Positions 38,777 to 49,098 of a stretch of DNA of 54,495 nt are shown piece after piece (position 1 is the first letter of the stretch; every line of letters begins with the position of its first letter). This DNA is from Verrucomicrobiota bacterium. Its GTDB lineage: Bacteria > Verrucomicrobiota > Verrucomicrobiia > Opitutales > Seribacteraceae. A model generated the notes under the pieces. It was given only the letters and a program-made list of their open reading frames with translations, made no database searches and was not told the DNA's origin. The DNA lies in contig JAQBYT010000027.1 of the NCBI GenBank assembly GCA_027622665.1, positions 1-54,495 of the forward strand. Direction: 5' to 3'. The translations under genes and the position numbers were made by a program.

Positions 38777-39268
38777 TCAGGCGACCTTTTTTCTTTTCCA
38801 GTAGTCCAACTGGCGAAGGAATTCGCCGGGGCGGAGAATGGGTACGGTAGATTCACCCGCGAGGTCAAGCAGATGGTGGTCGTTACCTATGAGGGCGTCC
38901 ACCTTCCCTGCGACCGCAGTGGCGAGCACCTTGGCGTCGTCGGGATCAGCGGGCACCTCGATGCCCATTTCGCGGGCGTTGCACTCGATGACTTCCGCCG
39001 AATCGATCAAGCGTTGCAGGGACTTTCGATACTTCGACTTTCTTGCCGCGCGGTTTATAATAAATTCATACTCACGCCGCAGGGCCGGACTACTCACGGC
39101 CCGCAGTGTTTTGCCTTCGAGACACGCATCCACTATTAGACGACTGGCCGAACCTTTGTTCCACGCGGCTGCGATCAACACGTTGGTATCGAGTACCACG
39201 CGCGTCGCCCGGGGATACCCCAGCAGACGAGCAAGAACGCGAAACGGGAAACAAAGCACCTTCAGCAT
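38777..39268 (-). CDS. PIN-domain protein (PIN_3-type putative toxin)
   Basis: RVVLDTNVLIAA, REYE, DPDDAKVLATAV, LIGNDHHLLDL. Confidence 0.88.
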   Translation of the reverse strand: MLKVLCFPFRVLARLLGYPRATRVVLDTNVLIAAAWNKGSASRLIVDACLEGKTLRAVSSPALRREYEFIINRAARKSKYRKSLQRLIDSAEVIECNAREMGIEVPADPDDAKVLATAVAGKVDALIGNDHHLLDLAGESTVPILRPGEFLRQLDYWKRKKVA

Positions 39269-39344
39269 GGAAAAACTACTTCCCTTCAGCGAACTGCACT
39301 TCTTGGTCGTCTGCCCTTCGCCATGACGGGGGGGGAAGCAAAGA

Positions 39345-40622
39345 CTACAATTTCCGTATCCCGGCCGCGATCACTTCGATCGTTCGGTCGATTTCGGCAT
39401 CGCCGTGGGCGGTGCTCAGGAAACAGGTCTCAAAGGCCGAGGGCGGAAGGTAAATTCCTTCTTCCAAGGCATGGCTGAACAAGGTCTTGAAGTGGGTCGT
39501 ATTCGTTTCCACGGCTTGCTCGTAGTTCATCACGGGATCTTCCGAGAAGAACAGGCACAGCATCGAGCCGACCTGTGGAACTTGCAGGGGAATCCCGGCG
39601 CTTGAGGCAGCTTCTCTAATTCCGTCGGCCAACTTCTCGCCCAGCTCGGCGAGGCGAGGGTAGGGGTCTTCTTCCTCCAATATCCGCAACGCCGTAATTC
39701 CAGCGGCCATGGCGAGCGGATTGCCGCTCAGGGTACCAGCTTGATAAACGGGACCGTCGGGAGCCAAATAGTCCATCACTTCGGCCCGACCGCCAAAGGC
39801 GCCAACGGGGAGACCGCCACCGATGATTTTTCCCATCGCGGTCAAGTCGGGAGTAACACCCTCCCGTTGCTGCACGCCACCCAAGGCCACGCGAAACCCG
39901 GTCATCACCTCGTCGAAGATGAGGAGAGTCTCGTACACGTCGCAGATAGCGCGAAGGAACGGAAGAAAGGTAGGCTCGGGCAGGATCAGTCCGCAATTCG
40001 CGGGATAAGGCTCCAGAATTACGGCGGCTATTTCTTCTCCCGCTTCATCGAAGGCGGCTCGAATGGCCTCCTCGTCGTTGTAAGGCAGGACGATTGTTTC
40101 GCGGGCGAAACTTTCCGGGATGCCTGCGCTATCGGGGTTTCCAAAGGTCAAGGCGCCTGATCCCGCCTTCACGAGCAAGCTATCGACGTGCCCATGGTAA
40201 CAACCAGAGAATTTGATGATCTTCGATCTCCCCGTAAATCCACGGGCTAGGCGGATGGTCGACATCGTGGCCTCGGTTCCGCTGTTACACATCCGCACCT
40301 TCTCGACGGATGGCACGATCCGCACGATCCGTTCTGCCATATCAACCTCGGCGGGACCGGGCGTCCCGAAACTGGTTCCCTTGGCCAAGGCTTCTCCCAC
40401 CGCATCGCGGATGGCGGGATTATTATGTCCGAGGATGGAAGGCCCCCAGGTGCAAACATAGTCGATCAGCTCGCGATCGTCGACCGTAGTCAATCGGCAA
40501 CCACTCGCCTCCTTGGTGAAAAATGGGGTGCCGCCCACGGATCGAAAGGCCCGCACGGGAGAATTCACGCCGCCTGGAATCAATTCCTTGGCTCGTTCGA
40601 AAAGTTCCTTGGATATGTTCAT
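39345..40622 (-). CDS. hemL: Glutamate-1-semialdehyde 2,1-aminomutase
   Basis: [53 protein letters not shown]. Confidence 0.98.
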   Translation of the reverse strand: MNISKELFERAKELIPGGVNSPVRAFRSVGGTPFFTKEASGCRLTTVDDRELIDYVCTWGPSILGHNNPAIRDAVGEALAKGTSFGTPGPAEVDMAERIVRIVPSVEKVRMCNSGTEATMSTIRLARGFTGRSKIIKFSGCYHGHVDSLLVKAGSGALTFGNPDSAGIPESFARETIVLPYNDEEAIRAAFDEAGEEIAAVILEPYPANCGLILPEPTFLPFLRAICDVYETLLIFDEVMTGFRVALGGVQQREGVTPDLTAMGKIIGGGLPVGAFGGRAEVMDYLAPDGPVYQAGTLSGNPLAMAAGITALRILEEEDPYPRLAELGEKLADGIREAASSAGIPLQVPQVGSMLCLFFSEDPVMNYEQAVETNTTHFKTLFSHALEEGIYLPPSAFETCFLSTAHGDAEIDRTIEVIAAGIRKL

Positions 40623-40633
40623 AAAAAAAAGGG

Positions 40634-42256
40634 TTAGCCGATATATTTTTGGACAATGGGTATGCGTCGCCCAACGCCGAATGCCAGCGGGGTCGTCTTC
40701 AAGCCGGGCGCCGCCTGCTTGCGCTTGTACTCGTTCCGGTCGACCTTGCGGACGACATCCGCCACCACGGCTTTCCCGAAGCCTGCCGCCACGATCTCTT
40801 CCGTCGATTCGAGCCTCTCCACATAACGTTCCAGGATAGCGTCCAGCACCTCGTAGTCGGGGAGAGAATCACTATCCTTTTGGTCGGGTCGCAGTTCAGC
40901 CGAAGGTGGCTTTTCGATCGTTGAAACGGGGATCACCTCGCCGTCAACATTCATATGGCGGGCAAGGGCGAACACCTGCGTCTTCGGAACGTCGGATATC
41001 ACGGCCAGCCCGCCGCACATGTCCCCGTACAGGGTACAGTACCCCACTGCCAACTCGCTCTTGTTGCCCGTCGTGAGCAACAGCGCCCCCAGTTTATTGG
41101 AGACGGCCATCAGCAGAAGACCCCGTACTCGAGCCTGCAGGTTTTCCTCCGTCACGTCGGCGGCAAGCCCTACAAAAAGGGGGTCCAGTTCGTTGGCGGC
41201 CGCATCGACGATCGATTGAATGGCCAGCGTCGAGTATTCGATGCCTAGGTTGGCGGCCAGGGCGGCCGCATCGTCCTTGCTGTGCCCACTTGAAATGGCG
41301 GAAGGAAGACTGATGCCTATAATGTTTTCCGCACCCAACGCCTCGGCGGCAATGGCAGCGGTCACGGCAGAGTCGATTCCACCGCTCAGACCTATCAACC
41401 CTTTTGCGAACCCGCTTTTGTGGGCGTAGTCCCGAAGCCCAAGCACGAGGGCTTTGCGGAGGTTTCCCAACGAGGTGACCTCGGGATTTTGCTCTATGGC
41501 AACCTCGGAAAAGTCCACCACTCGGATCGCTTCCTCGAACGCAGGCAGGTTGGCGATGAGCTCGCCATCAGCGTTCACCGCCATCGAGGCTCCGTCGAAG
41601 ACAAGCTCGTCGTTGCCACCCACCAAGTTGACGTAGGCCACGGGACAGGCGCAATTGCTCGCCACCTTGGCCAACACCTCTCGGCGAACGGCCTGCTTGC
41701 CTTGGTGCCACGGACTCGCGGAAAGATTCAGGAGGAAATCGGGAGAATCCTCTCGCACCTCCTTCAATGGGTCGGCGGCATAAAGTTCACCCGACTCGTT
41801 CCAGACATCCTCGCAAATCGTAACAGCTATTCGTTTCCCCTTGTGCTCCAAAATCAGGGAATCCTCTCCCGGCTCGAAGTAGCGGGCCTCGTCGAACACG
41901 TCGTAGGTCGGCAGCAAGCGCTTGCGAGCTATGTTGGCCACCTTGCCCGCCACGCACCATGCGGCCGAATTGTAGAAAGGTCGTCCGGCCGCCTTGCCCG
42001 ATTTCTCCACGTACCCGATCACCGCCGGCGTGGAACCCGTCTGTTCAGCGAATGCGAGGAGGCGTTCCGCAAGATCGCTCACGAAACGCGTTTTCAGCAG
42101 CAGATCGCGCGGCGGATAACCGCAAAGAAACAACTCGGGATACGCCACCAGGTCCACGCCCTGTCCCACCAGTTGCTCGTAGGCGTCTATGGCTAGAGCC
42201 AGATTGCCGTCGAGGTCGCCGACCGTCGCGTTCAATTGGGCGACGCCAATCCTCAT
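40634..42256 (-). CDS. nadE: Glutamine-dependent NAD+ synthetase
   Basis: Nitrilase domain ([25 protein letters not shown]) plus [34 protein letters not shown]. Confidence 0.97.
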   Translation of the reverse strand: MRIGVAQLNATVGDLDGNLALAIDAYEQLVGQGVDLVAYPELFLCGYPPRDLLLKTRFVSDLAERLLAFAEQTGSTPAVIGYVEKSGKAAGRPFYNSAAWCVAGKVANIARKRLLPTYDVFDEARYFEPGEDSLILEHKGKRIAVTICEDVWNESGELYAADPLKEVREDSPDFLLNLSASPWHQGKQAVRREVLAKVASNCACPVAYVNLVGGNDELVFDGASMAVNADGELIANLPAFEEAIRVVDFSEVAIEQNPEVTSLGNLRKALVLGLRDYAHKSGFAKGLIGLSGGIDSAVTAAIAAEALGAENIIGISLPSAISSGHSKDDAAALAANLGIEYSTLAIQSIVDAAANELDPLFVGLAADVTEENLQARVRGLLLMAVSNKLGALLLTTGNKSELAVGYCTLYGDMCGGLAVISDVPKTQVFALARHMNVDGEVIPVSTIEKPPSAELRPDQKDSDSLPDYEVLDAILERYVERLESTEEIVAAGFGKAVVADVVRKVDRNEYKRKQAAPGLKTTPLAFGVGRRIPIVQKYIG

Positions 42257-42307
42257 CTCGTTGCAATTCTTTCAAAATAGTTCATATAGGCGTTGATTAT
42301 ACAGAAC

Positions 42308-42907
42308 ATGAGTAACAAAAAAGCGAACCCAAAGGAATACGCATCCTTCATCTTGGCATCCGGATCACCCCGTAGACGCGAGTTGCTGGTGGACTTGGTG
42401 GAAACTTTCGACGTGATAACCACAGAGGCCGAGGAACTTGTTTTCCACGACGACGGCCCTGCCGCTCTCGTCATGGAGAACGCCCGTCGCAAGGCCCGGC
42501 CCGTAGCCGATTTTCGCACTGGAGCGTGGGTGCTCGGAGCCGACACAATAGTGTCGATCGGCGAGAAGATGCTGGGCAAGCCCACAGACATCGCCGAGGC
42601 CTCCGAAATGCTTCGCCTCCTCTCCGGAAGAACCCATTGCGTACGCACTGGATTGTGCCTTACCCACAAAGACTCCAGCTACGAGGAAGTCCGCGTGGAA
42701 ACGAGCAAAGTCTCATTCCGAAGCTTGACCGATGCCACCATCAACGCCTACTTCACCGAGGTCGACCCACTAGACAAGGCCGGGGCCTACGCCATCCAGA
42801 CCCGTTCCGACCTCATCATCCAACGTTTTTCCGGTTCCCATTCCAACGTCATCGGTCTCCCGCTCGAAATGCTCGGCGACTGGCTTCGGGAAGTCAAAGT
42901 CCTTTGA
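42308..42907 (+). CDS. maf: Maf family nucleoside triphosphate pyrophosphatase
   Basis: ILASGSPRRRELL, LGADTIV, LGKP, LSGRTH, DKAGAYAIQ, NVIGLP; ATG at 42308 chosen. Confidence 0.94.
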   Translation: MSNKKANPKEYASFILASGSPRRRELLVDLVETFDVITTEAEELVFHDDGPAALVMENARRKARPVADFRTGAWVLGADTIVSIGEKMLGKPTDIAEASEMLRLLSGRTHCVRTGLCLTHKDSSYEEVRVETSKVSFRSLTDATINAYFTEVDPLDKAGAYAIQTRSDLIIQRFSGSHSNVIGLPLEMLGDWLREVKVL

Positions 42908-43004
42908 TCAATCCTGATGACCGCGTGCTTCAGTTCACTTTTACTCACTAGCAAGTAAAGCTTGGGCGAATCCGAACACTGATAACCCGGAAAGAATCCG
43001 AACA

Positions 43005-43037
43005 AAGAAAAAGCCGAACCCTAGGGTCCGGCTTTCT
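43005..43037 (-). terminator. Rho-independent terminator between convergent maf and lectin genes
   Basis: AAAGCCGAACC-CTAG-GGTCCGGCTTT stem with A-run on the left (U-tract on minus strand). Confidence 0.7.
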
Positions 43038-43063
43038 CGGTAAAGTTGTTTGTTTAATGGACG

Positions 43064-43615
43064 CTACTTGCCACCCTTGACCTTTATGGAGACGCTTCCT
43101 TTTACCGTTGCAGGTGGCTTGAGGTCGGCATCTTTGGGGCCAGCATCCTTGGGGGCAGTACCTTTCCATTCGCAGACATAGCCCTTGACCTTGCCGGAGA
43201 AATCGGTGGCGTCCTTCCACTTGCCGTTTACGCCGTTAAGAACGAGAAAGTTGTAGCCGGTGGTAGCACTGGGCTGTTTTGCATCCCAGTTCTTGTAGAC
43301 GAATTTCTCCGCATTGTCCCAAGTCCATTTGCCTTCCTCAAACTCGTCGGTTCCTCCGAGCCAGATGAGATTGTCCTTGGCTTGTCGTCTTATGAATTCG
43401 TTTTCCTGGTCTGTGCTTACTGCTACGAGAGCTCCACCAATGTCTTCGCAGGCAAACTTGGCTTCCCACCAAGTACTGTTGGTATCGAGGAAGGCCTTGT
43501 AGTGGTTGCCCCGAAAAGGCACGGAGTCCTTGGGGGGTTCGACGTTGACGGCATGGACGGAAGCCGCAATGGAGAGCAGAACGGATCCGATGAGTACAGG
43601 TAACTTACTATTCAT
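43064..43615 (-). CDS. Secreted C-type lectin domain protein
   Basis: Signal peptide; TWWEAKFAC...GGALV...ENEFI, IWLGGTD...EGKWTW, NWDAKQP, WKD, GYVCE. Confidence 0.88.
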   Translation of the reverse strand: MNSKLPVLIGSVLLSIAASVHAVNVEPPKDSVPFRGNHYKAFLDTNSTWWEAKFACEDIGGALVAVSTDQENEFIRRQAKDNLIWLGGTDEFEEGKWTWDNAEKFVYKNWDAKQPSATTGYNFLVLNGVNGKWKDATDFSGKVKGYVCEWKGTAPKDAGPKDADLKPPATVKGSVSIKVKGGK

Positions 43616-43730
43616 ATAATAATACCAATTACTTGCTGATCAATGGTCGCGCAATGCATTTTTTCGCAAAAAAGAGAAGTTTCCCTGATACCCGCCCTGG
43701 GGTTACGGTTGACTTCGCTTGCGATAAATA

Positions 43731-43775
43731 GGATGAATTGAACTTTCGGAAGGGCGAGATTCATCCGTGTTTTTT
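43731..43775 (+). terminator. Hairpin with U-tract (terminator-like), no obvious upstream gene
   Basis: GGATGAAT...ATTCATCC arms with inner CTTT/AAGG stem, followed by GTGTTTTTT. Confidence 0.4.
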
Positions 43776-44340
43776 CACAGATGTAAACCCAGTCTTACTC
43801 CTGTGAGGATAAGGTCAATAAAAGGTCAGAAAATCTCGCAGAACTCCACTTTCGGCTATTCGATATACGGATTCTTCGTTGCCCATATTGCCCTTGCAGA
43901 AGTGGTGAGAAAAAGAGAGGGCGGTCCTACTGGAACTAGGTATTTTCTAAAGGATTAAGACCAGTCTGGTGATTGACGCCGAATCGTTCTCCAATAAATT
44001 CCAGGCTGTCCCGAAAATGTAAATCGGGTTCACGATGATCAACCCGAACGGAGGGAGTTCGCCATTCTCGATTCCAAAATCGCAATCATCGAGTCTAGAT
44101 CGAGATTAGGCTGTCTGGCCAAGTTCCACAGGAATAAGATGTCAGGCACTCGATCCAAGCCCTACGCAAAAGCCGTATGTATCAAACGAGCCTGAGAAAC
44201 GTCCTGTCTAAGTTCTAGATCGATTATCAAGACATTACTCTTTCAAGTGCTCCGGCCAAGAAAAGGAATGCCGGCACTAATACAAAGTGCCATTTGAAAC
44301 TGGATGACTGATTTACCTTTTTTGGCCGCCGCGCCGATTA

Positions 44341-44935
44341 TCAGAATATCGTTAACGGAAAGAAAGCCTTCCACCAGTTCGGGTCTTTTATGGATGTCGT
44401 ACCCTGCGGGAAGTCTCCTTCGCTTACTATCGGCGGAGACTCACCGATCACACCCGATGAAATGCTGACCTGTGCGGGAACCGCCTCCCGCTTTTGGGCC
44501 TGAGAAGGCATATCTTTCGGGTAGTGATCGGGGTTGGCTAAATAAGCGAAGAAATGGGCTGAGTCGTCGGGGGATTTATTCATCAATGAAAAATAGTACT
44601 TTCTGGTTTTCCCGTTGTCTTCACTTTTGCCCAAAGGGAATCTGATTCGCTGTGAAGCCTTTAAGGACATCGAGTCGGCTTCCGACCCTGACAACAGGTA
44701 ACTGAGAAGTTCTGCAGCTTGTCCTTGTGTGTTGTCCGGGCATCGAAGAATCCATGAAGAGACTTGTTCGCAGACCAGACTATCATTCTTAAGCGGAAGT
44801 AAGGTGGAAAGGTATTCTAGTATGCCTGCCTGTAGATCGGATTATCCTTCTGCTCGATGGTCTTCCCGATCTTTACCCGGCGGTTGCCTGGCTTCAGCAA
44901 CTCGCACAAGCACTTTAAAGGCAATTTTCGGTTAT
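44341..44935 (-). pseudogene. 5'-truncated hypothetical gene remnant with in-frame stop
   Basis: Frame of ORF 44341-44694 continues upstream (LEYLSTLLPLKNDSLVCEQVSSWILRC...AAELLSYLL) with one TAA near 44842 and no start before the DUF1501 fragment. Confidence 0.4.
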
Positions 44936-44937
44936 TA

Positions 44938-45379
44938 CTGCGTGAGCCTTTCGCTCGGTGACTTTGATACGCACGAAGCAAATTTCCCGAGAATCCGTTA
45001 CCTCGGGCCATTGCTGGATCACGCGCTGGACACGCTCGTCACTGATTTGGAAGAGCGCGGAATGCTCGACGATGTGATGATTATCGTGTGGGGAGAATTT
45101 GGACGCTCGCCTAAAATCAGCAACAATGGCGGACGCGAGCACTGGCCGCAAGTTTCGATGGGCATCATGGCCGGCGGCGGTCTCAACACTGGCCAAGTCA
45201 TCGGCAGCACTGATCGCTACGCCGGAGAAGTGGCCTCCCAGCCGGTTCATTATCAGGACGTCTTCGCCACGCTGTATCGTCATCTCGGAATCGACGGGCA
45301 GGCCACGACTCTGATGGACACGATCGGACGGCCGCATAATCTTTTGGATGTGGGCCGACCGATCGAAGAATTAATCTGA
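44938..45379 (+). pseudogene. DUF1501 family protein, C-terminal fragment only
   Basis: FDTHEANF, LVTDLEERGMLDD, WGEFGRSP, GREHWP, AGGG...GQVIGSTD, ATLYRHLGID; N-terminal region and Tat signal absent. Confidence 0.8.
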
Positions 45380-45529
45380 CCGGACTTGATTGGATCGTCG
45401 GCCGCAGGGAGGCGACGGCACAAAAGTCAATGATATCGGCATTTTTATTAAACCTGATGGGCTATTTAATTGAGCAGAGTATTCTAGTCGTTTCTGCCCG
45501 AGTGGTTCCAGTATACTTGAGAAGTAATA

Positions 45530-45892
45530 TTGCAGGGCGTCCAAACAAGTTATCCTCTTGGGTCTGTTGAGCGAATGGAGTCGTGGCGCCGGGCAAAAAG
45601 CCAAACTGGGGACCCTGGCGCTATCGTTGCCATCACCATCGTGAGCGGCCTCAATCACCTTCACTCGGACTACGGGCAACTCGCCTACGCCAACGCCCTC
45701 AGCGCGGCCAAAGAGTCGGGCACGATTACCGAGGGTATCAAAAGCTTTGCCGACTTCGAGAAAGCCGTGAAGGCCAAGAAGATCAATTACAAACTAATGG
45801 CGAAGATTCGGGATAAGGCTGAAGCTGCTACGTTGCCCCTCGGACAGGAGCAAAGGAGCTTGAGTCAAAAACTCTCGAATCAGGGCGGGTAG
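45530..45892 (+). pseudogene. Probable gene fragment, unknown family
   Basis: Protein-like helical stretch from about 45610 (AIVAITIVSGLNHLHSDYGQLAYANAL...), no convincing start. Confidence 0.35.
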
Positions 45893-45901
45893 GGCGGGAA
45901 C

Positions 45902-46531
45902 CTACTTTTCCTTCATCAGCGCGTTGTAGCGCTTGGTCCACTGGTGATGAGCGTTGAACCTTAGGTCGGCATCAGCCGCTCTTTTGATCACCCGATCTAT
46001 GTCTCTCAGTTTCTTGTCCTTCAACGTGGCCTCGTACCTGATGTTTGACTCCAAGTAATCGAGGATGAATTTGTCGAGATGCTCTTCAAGGAAATCGAGA
46101 ATGAATTTTTTATTCCGGATGTGTATCAATAAAGAACTGTAAGTACCTTGGCCGGGGGCAAAAACACTTCCCGTTCCTCTGTCATTAGGGATTCCGAAAT
46201 GGGCCGCGAGTTTCTCGAATCGAACAGAAATGGAAACCGCTTCACCGATATTGTTTACTACTACGTAAAGATAACTCCCCGTAGGCGAGTCATCACCTGT
46301 CGGAACTACCTTGAAGCCTCGGGTCAGCAACTTCAGCTTAACCGTCCTTTCAATGTCCTCTCTGGTCAGACCGATTTTTTTGGCTTCTTCTCCGGGGTCT
46401 TCCACAACCACATCCATCTCCCGAAAGGTAAATCCGACCTCCAAGCCCGGATAGGCTTTCCCAAAAGCCTGCGAACCCACCCCGATGGCGGCGATTGCGA
46501 TAAGAGTTTGAATTACCTTCATAGCCGCCAT
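45902..46531 (-). CDS. Secreted hypothetical protein
   Basis: Signal peptide MKVIQTLIAIAAIGVGSQAFG; 209-aa alpha/beta ORF. Confidence 0.75.
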   Translation of the reverse strand: MAAMKVIQTLIAIAAIGVGSQAFGKAYPGLEVGFTFREMDVVVEDPGEEAKKIGLTREDIERTVKLKLLTRGFKVVPTGDDSPTGSYLYVVVNNIGEAVSISVRFEKLAAHFGIPNDRGTGSVFAPGQGTYSSLLIHIRNKKFILDFLEEHLDKFILDYLESNIRYEATLKDKKLRDIDRVIKRAADADLRFNAHHQWTKRYNALMKEK

Positions 46532-46576
46532 CCTAGTCGCCGCCGCATTGGCGAGTCAAGGGCGGGTGGGGCAGCT

Positions 46577-46932
46577 TCAATTTGACTCGTCGGAGCCGCC
46601 ATCGTCGGATGGCGGCATGACAGCCCAATACTTTTTCGCATCAGCATCTGTAACCAGACCGTCGTAGTGAGCATTGAAAACCTTGGGAGCCAAGGCATCT
46701 CTCTCTTGTTCGTTGGAAATGTGGCTGACCCTTTCGATCATGTCGGACTTCATGTTAACTCCGACTCTACAATCCTCGGCAAATTCCTGAGCGTCGAGTC
46801 GATTATAGAATCGTTGACGTATGCGCTTACCGTTTGGTAGGGTGACATCAACATTACTAGCTTACCTTTTCCTTATCCCTTAATCTTACGAACTTTTATG
46901 TTTCTCTTGGAGCAGTTTCTTACATCAGTCAT
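46577..46932 (-). pseudogene. Tyrosine integrase relic (N-terminal arm fused to C-terminal tail, catalytic core deleted)
   Basis: Manual translation: MTDVRNCSKRNIKVRKIKG*GKGK, frameshift, then VDVTLPNGKRIRQRFYNRLDAQEFAE...ISNEQERDALA joined to PKVFNAHYDGLVTDADAKKYWAVMP; next to a tRNA gene. Confidence 0.7.
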
Positions 46933-47047
46933 GGAACTTTCCTCATCTGTTAATTTCAAAAGCGTTGACGCCCCTTTTCGTCAAAGCTTCCAAAATCCGT
47001 CAAGGGCGAAGACGAAAACATCGCTAAACACTAGATAGAATCTAGAG

Positions 47048-47126
<79 letters not shown>

Positions 47127-47151
47127 TTTTTTTTTCACTTATTGGGGTAAA

Positions 47152-48012
47152 TCAGACTCCACCTTGTTCCCATTTGAATAGGCGTGGTTCGTATTCCGCA
47201 ACTACTTCTAGATTTCCTCGCTTGCGAGCACCTTCAATGAGAATACGGAATTTCCTGATCAGGGTTTCCTTGGTAAGGAGCTGGTCTTCCGGCGATAGGT
47301 TTTTTTCGGACAGGATTTGCTCCAGAGCTCGAGTTCGGTAGCGATCCATACCCCAAGTAGTGGTAGAAAGCTGGTCCTCGTGACCGCCGTACTTTCGGAC
47401 GAGAGCTTCGTCAAGAAAGTGAACGGGTTCGCGGGCGGTTATCCGGAGCCAGAGATCGTAGTCCTCGCAAACGGGAAAAGTTTCGTCGAAACCGCCGACC
47501 TCATCGAACAGGTCTCGACGAATAAGAACGGAGGAAGGGCAAATGGAACAGAGGGGCAGGCACCGGCGGTAGATATAACCACCCGACTTGGCGTATTCCT
47601 TGGGCTGATTGACTCGCCTGCCATTTCGGATCCAAATCTCGTCGGTGTGGCTGAGCCGGAGCTCAGGCTCCTTGGCTAGATGAGAAAGTTGCCGCTCAAG
47701 TTTTTCGGGTAACCATGCATCATCTGAGTCGAGAAACGCGATCCATGCTCCCGAAGCCAAGGCGACCCCTGAATTCCGGGCGGAGCTGACACCTGCGTTT
47801 TCTTGGCGATGGAACCGGACGGCGGGATAATCCCGGAGGATCATTTCGTCGGTGCCGTCGGTCGAACCATCGTCCACCACGATCAGCTCCCAATCATAAA
47901 AGGTCTGGTTAATTACTGAATCCAAGGAGCGAGGGAGAGTGTCAATGCGATCGTAGGTAGGAATAACGACCGAGACCTTGGGTGTTAGTAATTCCTTTCG
48001 CTCTTTCAACAT
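47152..48012 (-). CDS. Glycosyltransferase family 2
   Basis: VSVVIPTY, VVDDGSTD, GVSSARN, AFLDSDD, EDYDLWLR. Confidence 0.94.
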   Translation of the reverse strand: MLKERKELLTPKVSVVIPTYDRIDTLPRSLDSVINQTFYDWELIVVDDGSTDGTDEMILRDYPAVRFHRQENAGVSSARNSGVALASGAWIAFLDSDDAWLPEKLERQLSHLAKEPELRLSHTDEIWIRNGRRVNQPKEYAKSGGYIYRRCLPLCSICPSSVLIRRDLFDEVGGFDETFPVCEDYDLWLRITAREPVHFLDEALVRKYGGHEDQLSTTTWGMDRYRTRALEQILSEKNLSPEDQLLTKETLIRKFRILIEGARKRGNLEVVAEYEPRLFKWEQGGV

Positions 48013-48144
48013 ACCAATCTTGAATAAAGATATAAGCGAGAGCTCAGCTTATCGACGGAAGGTGAACATCATAGCTCACTTCGACTTCAAAGTTCCGCCA
48101 ATTTGCTTTTTGCCATTTTGCAGAGAGTATTTATCAACAGCTCC

Positions 48145-49029
48145 ATGAGCAAGGCGATAGGATGGATCGGAACGGGTGTAATGGGAGCTTCGATGGCGGG
48201 ACATCTGCTGGATGCAGGTTATGATCTTCGAGTACACAATCGGACCAAGGACAAGGCTCTCTCTTTGATACAGCAAGGAGCGATGTGGTGCGAATCTGCC
48301 GCAGATGCTGCGGAAGGTGCCGACGTCGTATTTTCCATCGTGGGCTTCCCCAAAGACGTCGCAGAAACCTTTCTCGGCGAGAGAGGGATCTTGGCCACGG
48401 CAAAGAGAGATGCGGTGGTCGTAGACATGACGACTTCGGAACCGAGCTTGGCGGAACGGATATACGAGACGGCCAAAGAGAAGGGCATTATGGCTCTGGA
48501 CGCACCTGTAAGCGGAGGAGACCTCGGTGCCCGCAACGGGACGCTCTCCATTATGGTGGGAGGAGAAGAAGAAGCCTTCAGGCAAACTAAGCCACTGCTT
48601 GAGGTGATGGGCGAAAACATTTCTTGGTTCGGGCCTGCAGGCTCAGGTCAGCGAGTGAAGATGAGTAACCAAATCCTCATTGCCACGACCATGATCGGCA
48701 CAGTGGAGTCCATTCTATATGCGGTGCGTTCGGGTTTGGAACCGAATGCCGTCATTGATTTAATCGGGAGCGGAGCCGCAGGCTGCTGGTCAATCAACAA
48801 TTTGGGTCGGCGGATCGTAAAAGCTGATTACGATCCCGGTTTTTTCATCAAGCATTTCGTTAAGGACATGACTATCGCTCTGCAGGATGCCGAACGTCTG
48901 GGCCTGAAACTTCCCGGACTGGCTTTGGCAAAAAAGTTTTACGACCAGGCAGTCGAGTCAGGTCAGGAAAACGAAGGCACTCAGGCATTGTACAAAGTGT
49001 TCGAGAGTATGAGCTCGGCCAAAAATTGA
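48145..49029 (+). CDS. 3-hydroxyisobutyrate dehydrogenase-family NAD(P)-dependent oxidoreductase
   Basis: IGWIGTGVMGASMA, DMTTSEP, LDAPVSGGD, KMSNQI, PGFFIKHFVKD; ATG at 48145. Confidence 0.92.
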   Translation: MSKAIGWIGTGVMGASMAGHLLDAGYDLRVHNRTKDKALSLIQQGAMWCESAADAAEGADVVFSIVGFPKDVAETFLGERGILATAKRDAVVVDMTTSEPSLAERIYETAKEKGIMALDAPVSGGDLGARNGTLSIMVGGEEEAFRQTKPLLEVMGENISWFGPAGSGQRVKMSNQILIATTMIGTVESILYAVRSGLEPNAVIDLIGSGAAGCWSINNLGRRIVKADYDPGFFIKHFVKDMTIALQDAERLGLKLPGLALAKKFYDQAVESGQENEGTQALYKVFESMSSAKN

Positions 49030-49098
49030 AGGAGCATTTGTGCAAAAGAACGTTTCCAACGCAAACAAAAGCCTGTAAAAGGATTCGTTTATACATTT

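Noticed and set aside
43961..43980. Possible second att site (CAGTCTGGT matching the tRNA D arm, next to TTGACGCC)
   Set aside because: Only 8-9 bp matches; too short to distinguish from chance.
44729..44937. N-terminus of the 216-aa ORF 44729-45379
   Set aside because: Not DUF1501-like; it is the antisense of a neighbouring remnant read through a junction.
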